This document shows, piece after piece, positions 63,659-64,000 of a stretch of DNA of 64,000 nt. A program made the position numbers and the translations under genes. Source of the stretch: Sphyrna mokarran (taxonomy: Eukaryota); contig JAGIQG010000002.1 in assembly GCA_024679065.1 (NCBI GenBank), positions 80,724,001 through 80,788,000 on the forward strand, in the 5' to 3' direction. The stretch's first letter is position 1. Each line of letters begins with the position of its first letter. The notes below the pieces were generated by a model. The model searched no databases and was not told the DNA's origin. It worked only from the letters and a program-made list of their open reading frames with translations.

Positions 63659-64000
63659 TTGGGCATGAGGGGGCTCAGATATCTCTTTTATTTTGTATAG
63701 GAACCAAGTTTTCACTTCAGACTGACAGGAACACTGGTCATACTAACAAGGCACTCAGATTGATGAATCTCTCAGGGCACAGCAGGATGGGTCAGTCAGA
63801 GGCTGTCCTGCTCAGCGTGAAACCAGTGCCTGTTCATTTTTTGCACTAAATGTCATACAATACAGTGTAAAAAATCACTATTGGTGTCAGTGGGTCCAAC
63901 AGCATTTTCTCTGCCTTGGTGATGGGACTTTGTTGATTTCTGCGATGATTCCACCCAATAATTTTATGCTTTATGAGAAGAGATTGGTGATTGGTTGGTA

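Overview
Eukaryotic genomic DNA, almost certainly from a shark (many HE1-type tRNA-derived SINEs, CR1 LINEs, Penelope, Gypsy and Harbinger remnants). One intact host gene can be assembled by hand: a minus-strand anterior-gradient (AGR2/AGR3/Ag1 family) PDI-like gene. It has 7 coding exons (21607->10852, 540 nt, 179 aa, signal peptide, CPYS pseudo-thioredoxin motif, C-terminal KHEL), a probable non-coding first exon and a TATA/CCAAT promoter near 21.9 kb. The rest is mostly decayed transposable elements, often nested. The most unusual signal is a family of retroposed U2-snRNA derivatives (15553-15741 with a 12-bp TSD; 23144-23445). In these the U2 branch-point-recognition segment is replaced by ~48-nt cassettes with constant ends and variable internal hairpins, and in one copy the cassette carries 11 nt identical to its own insertion site. 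All family assignments come from recalled motifs, not database searches, and repeat boundaries are approximate.
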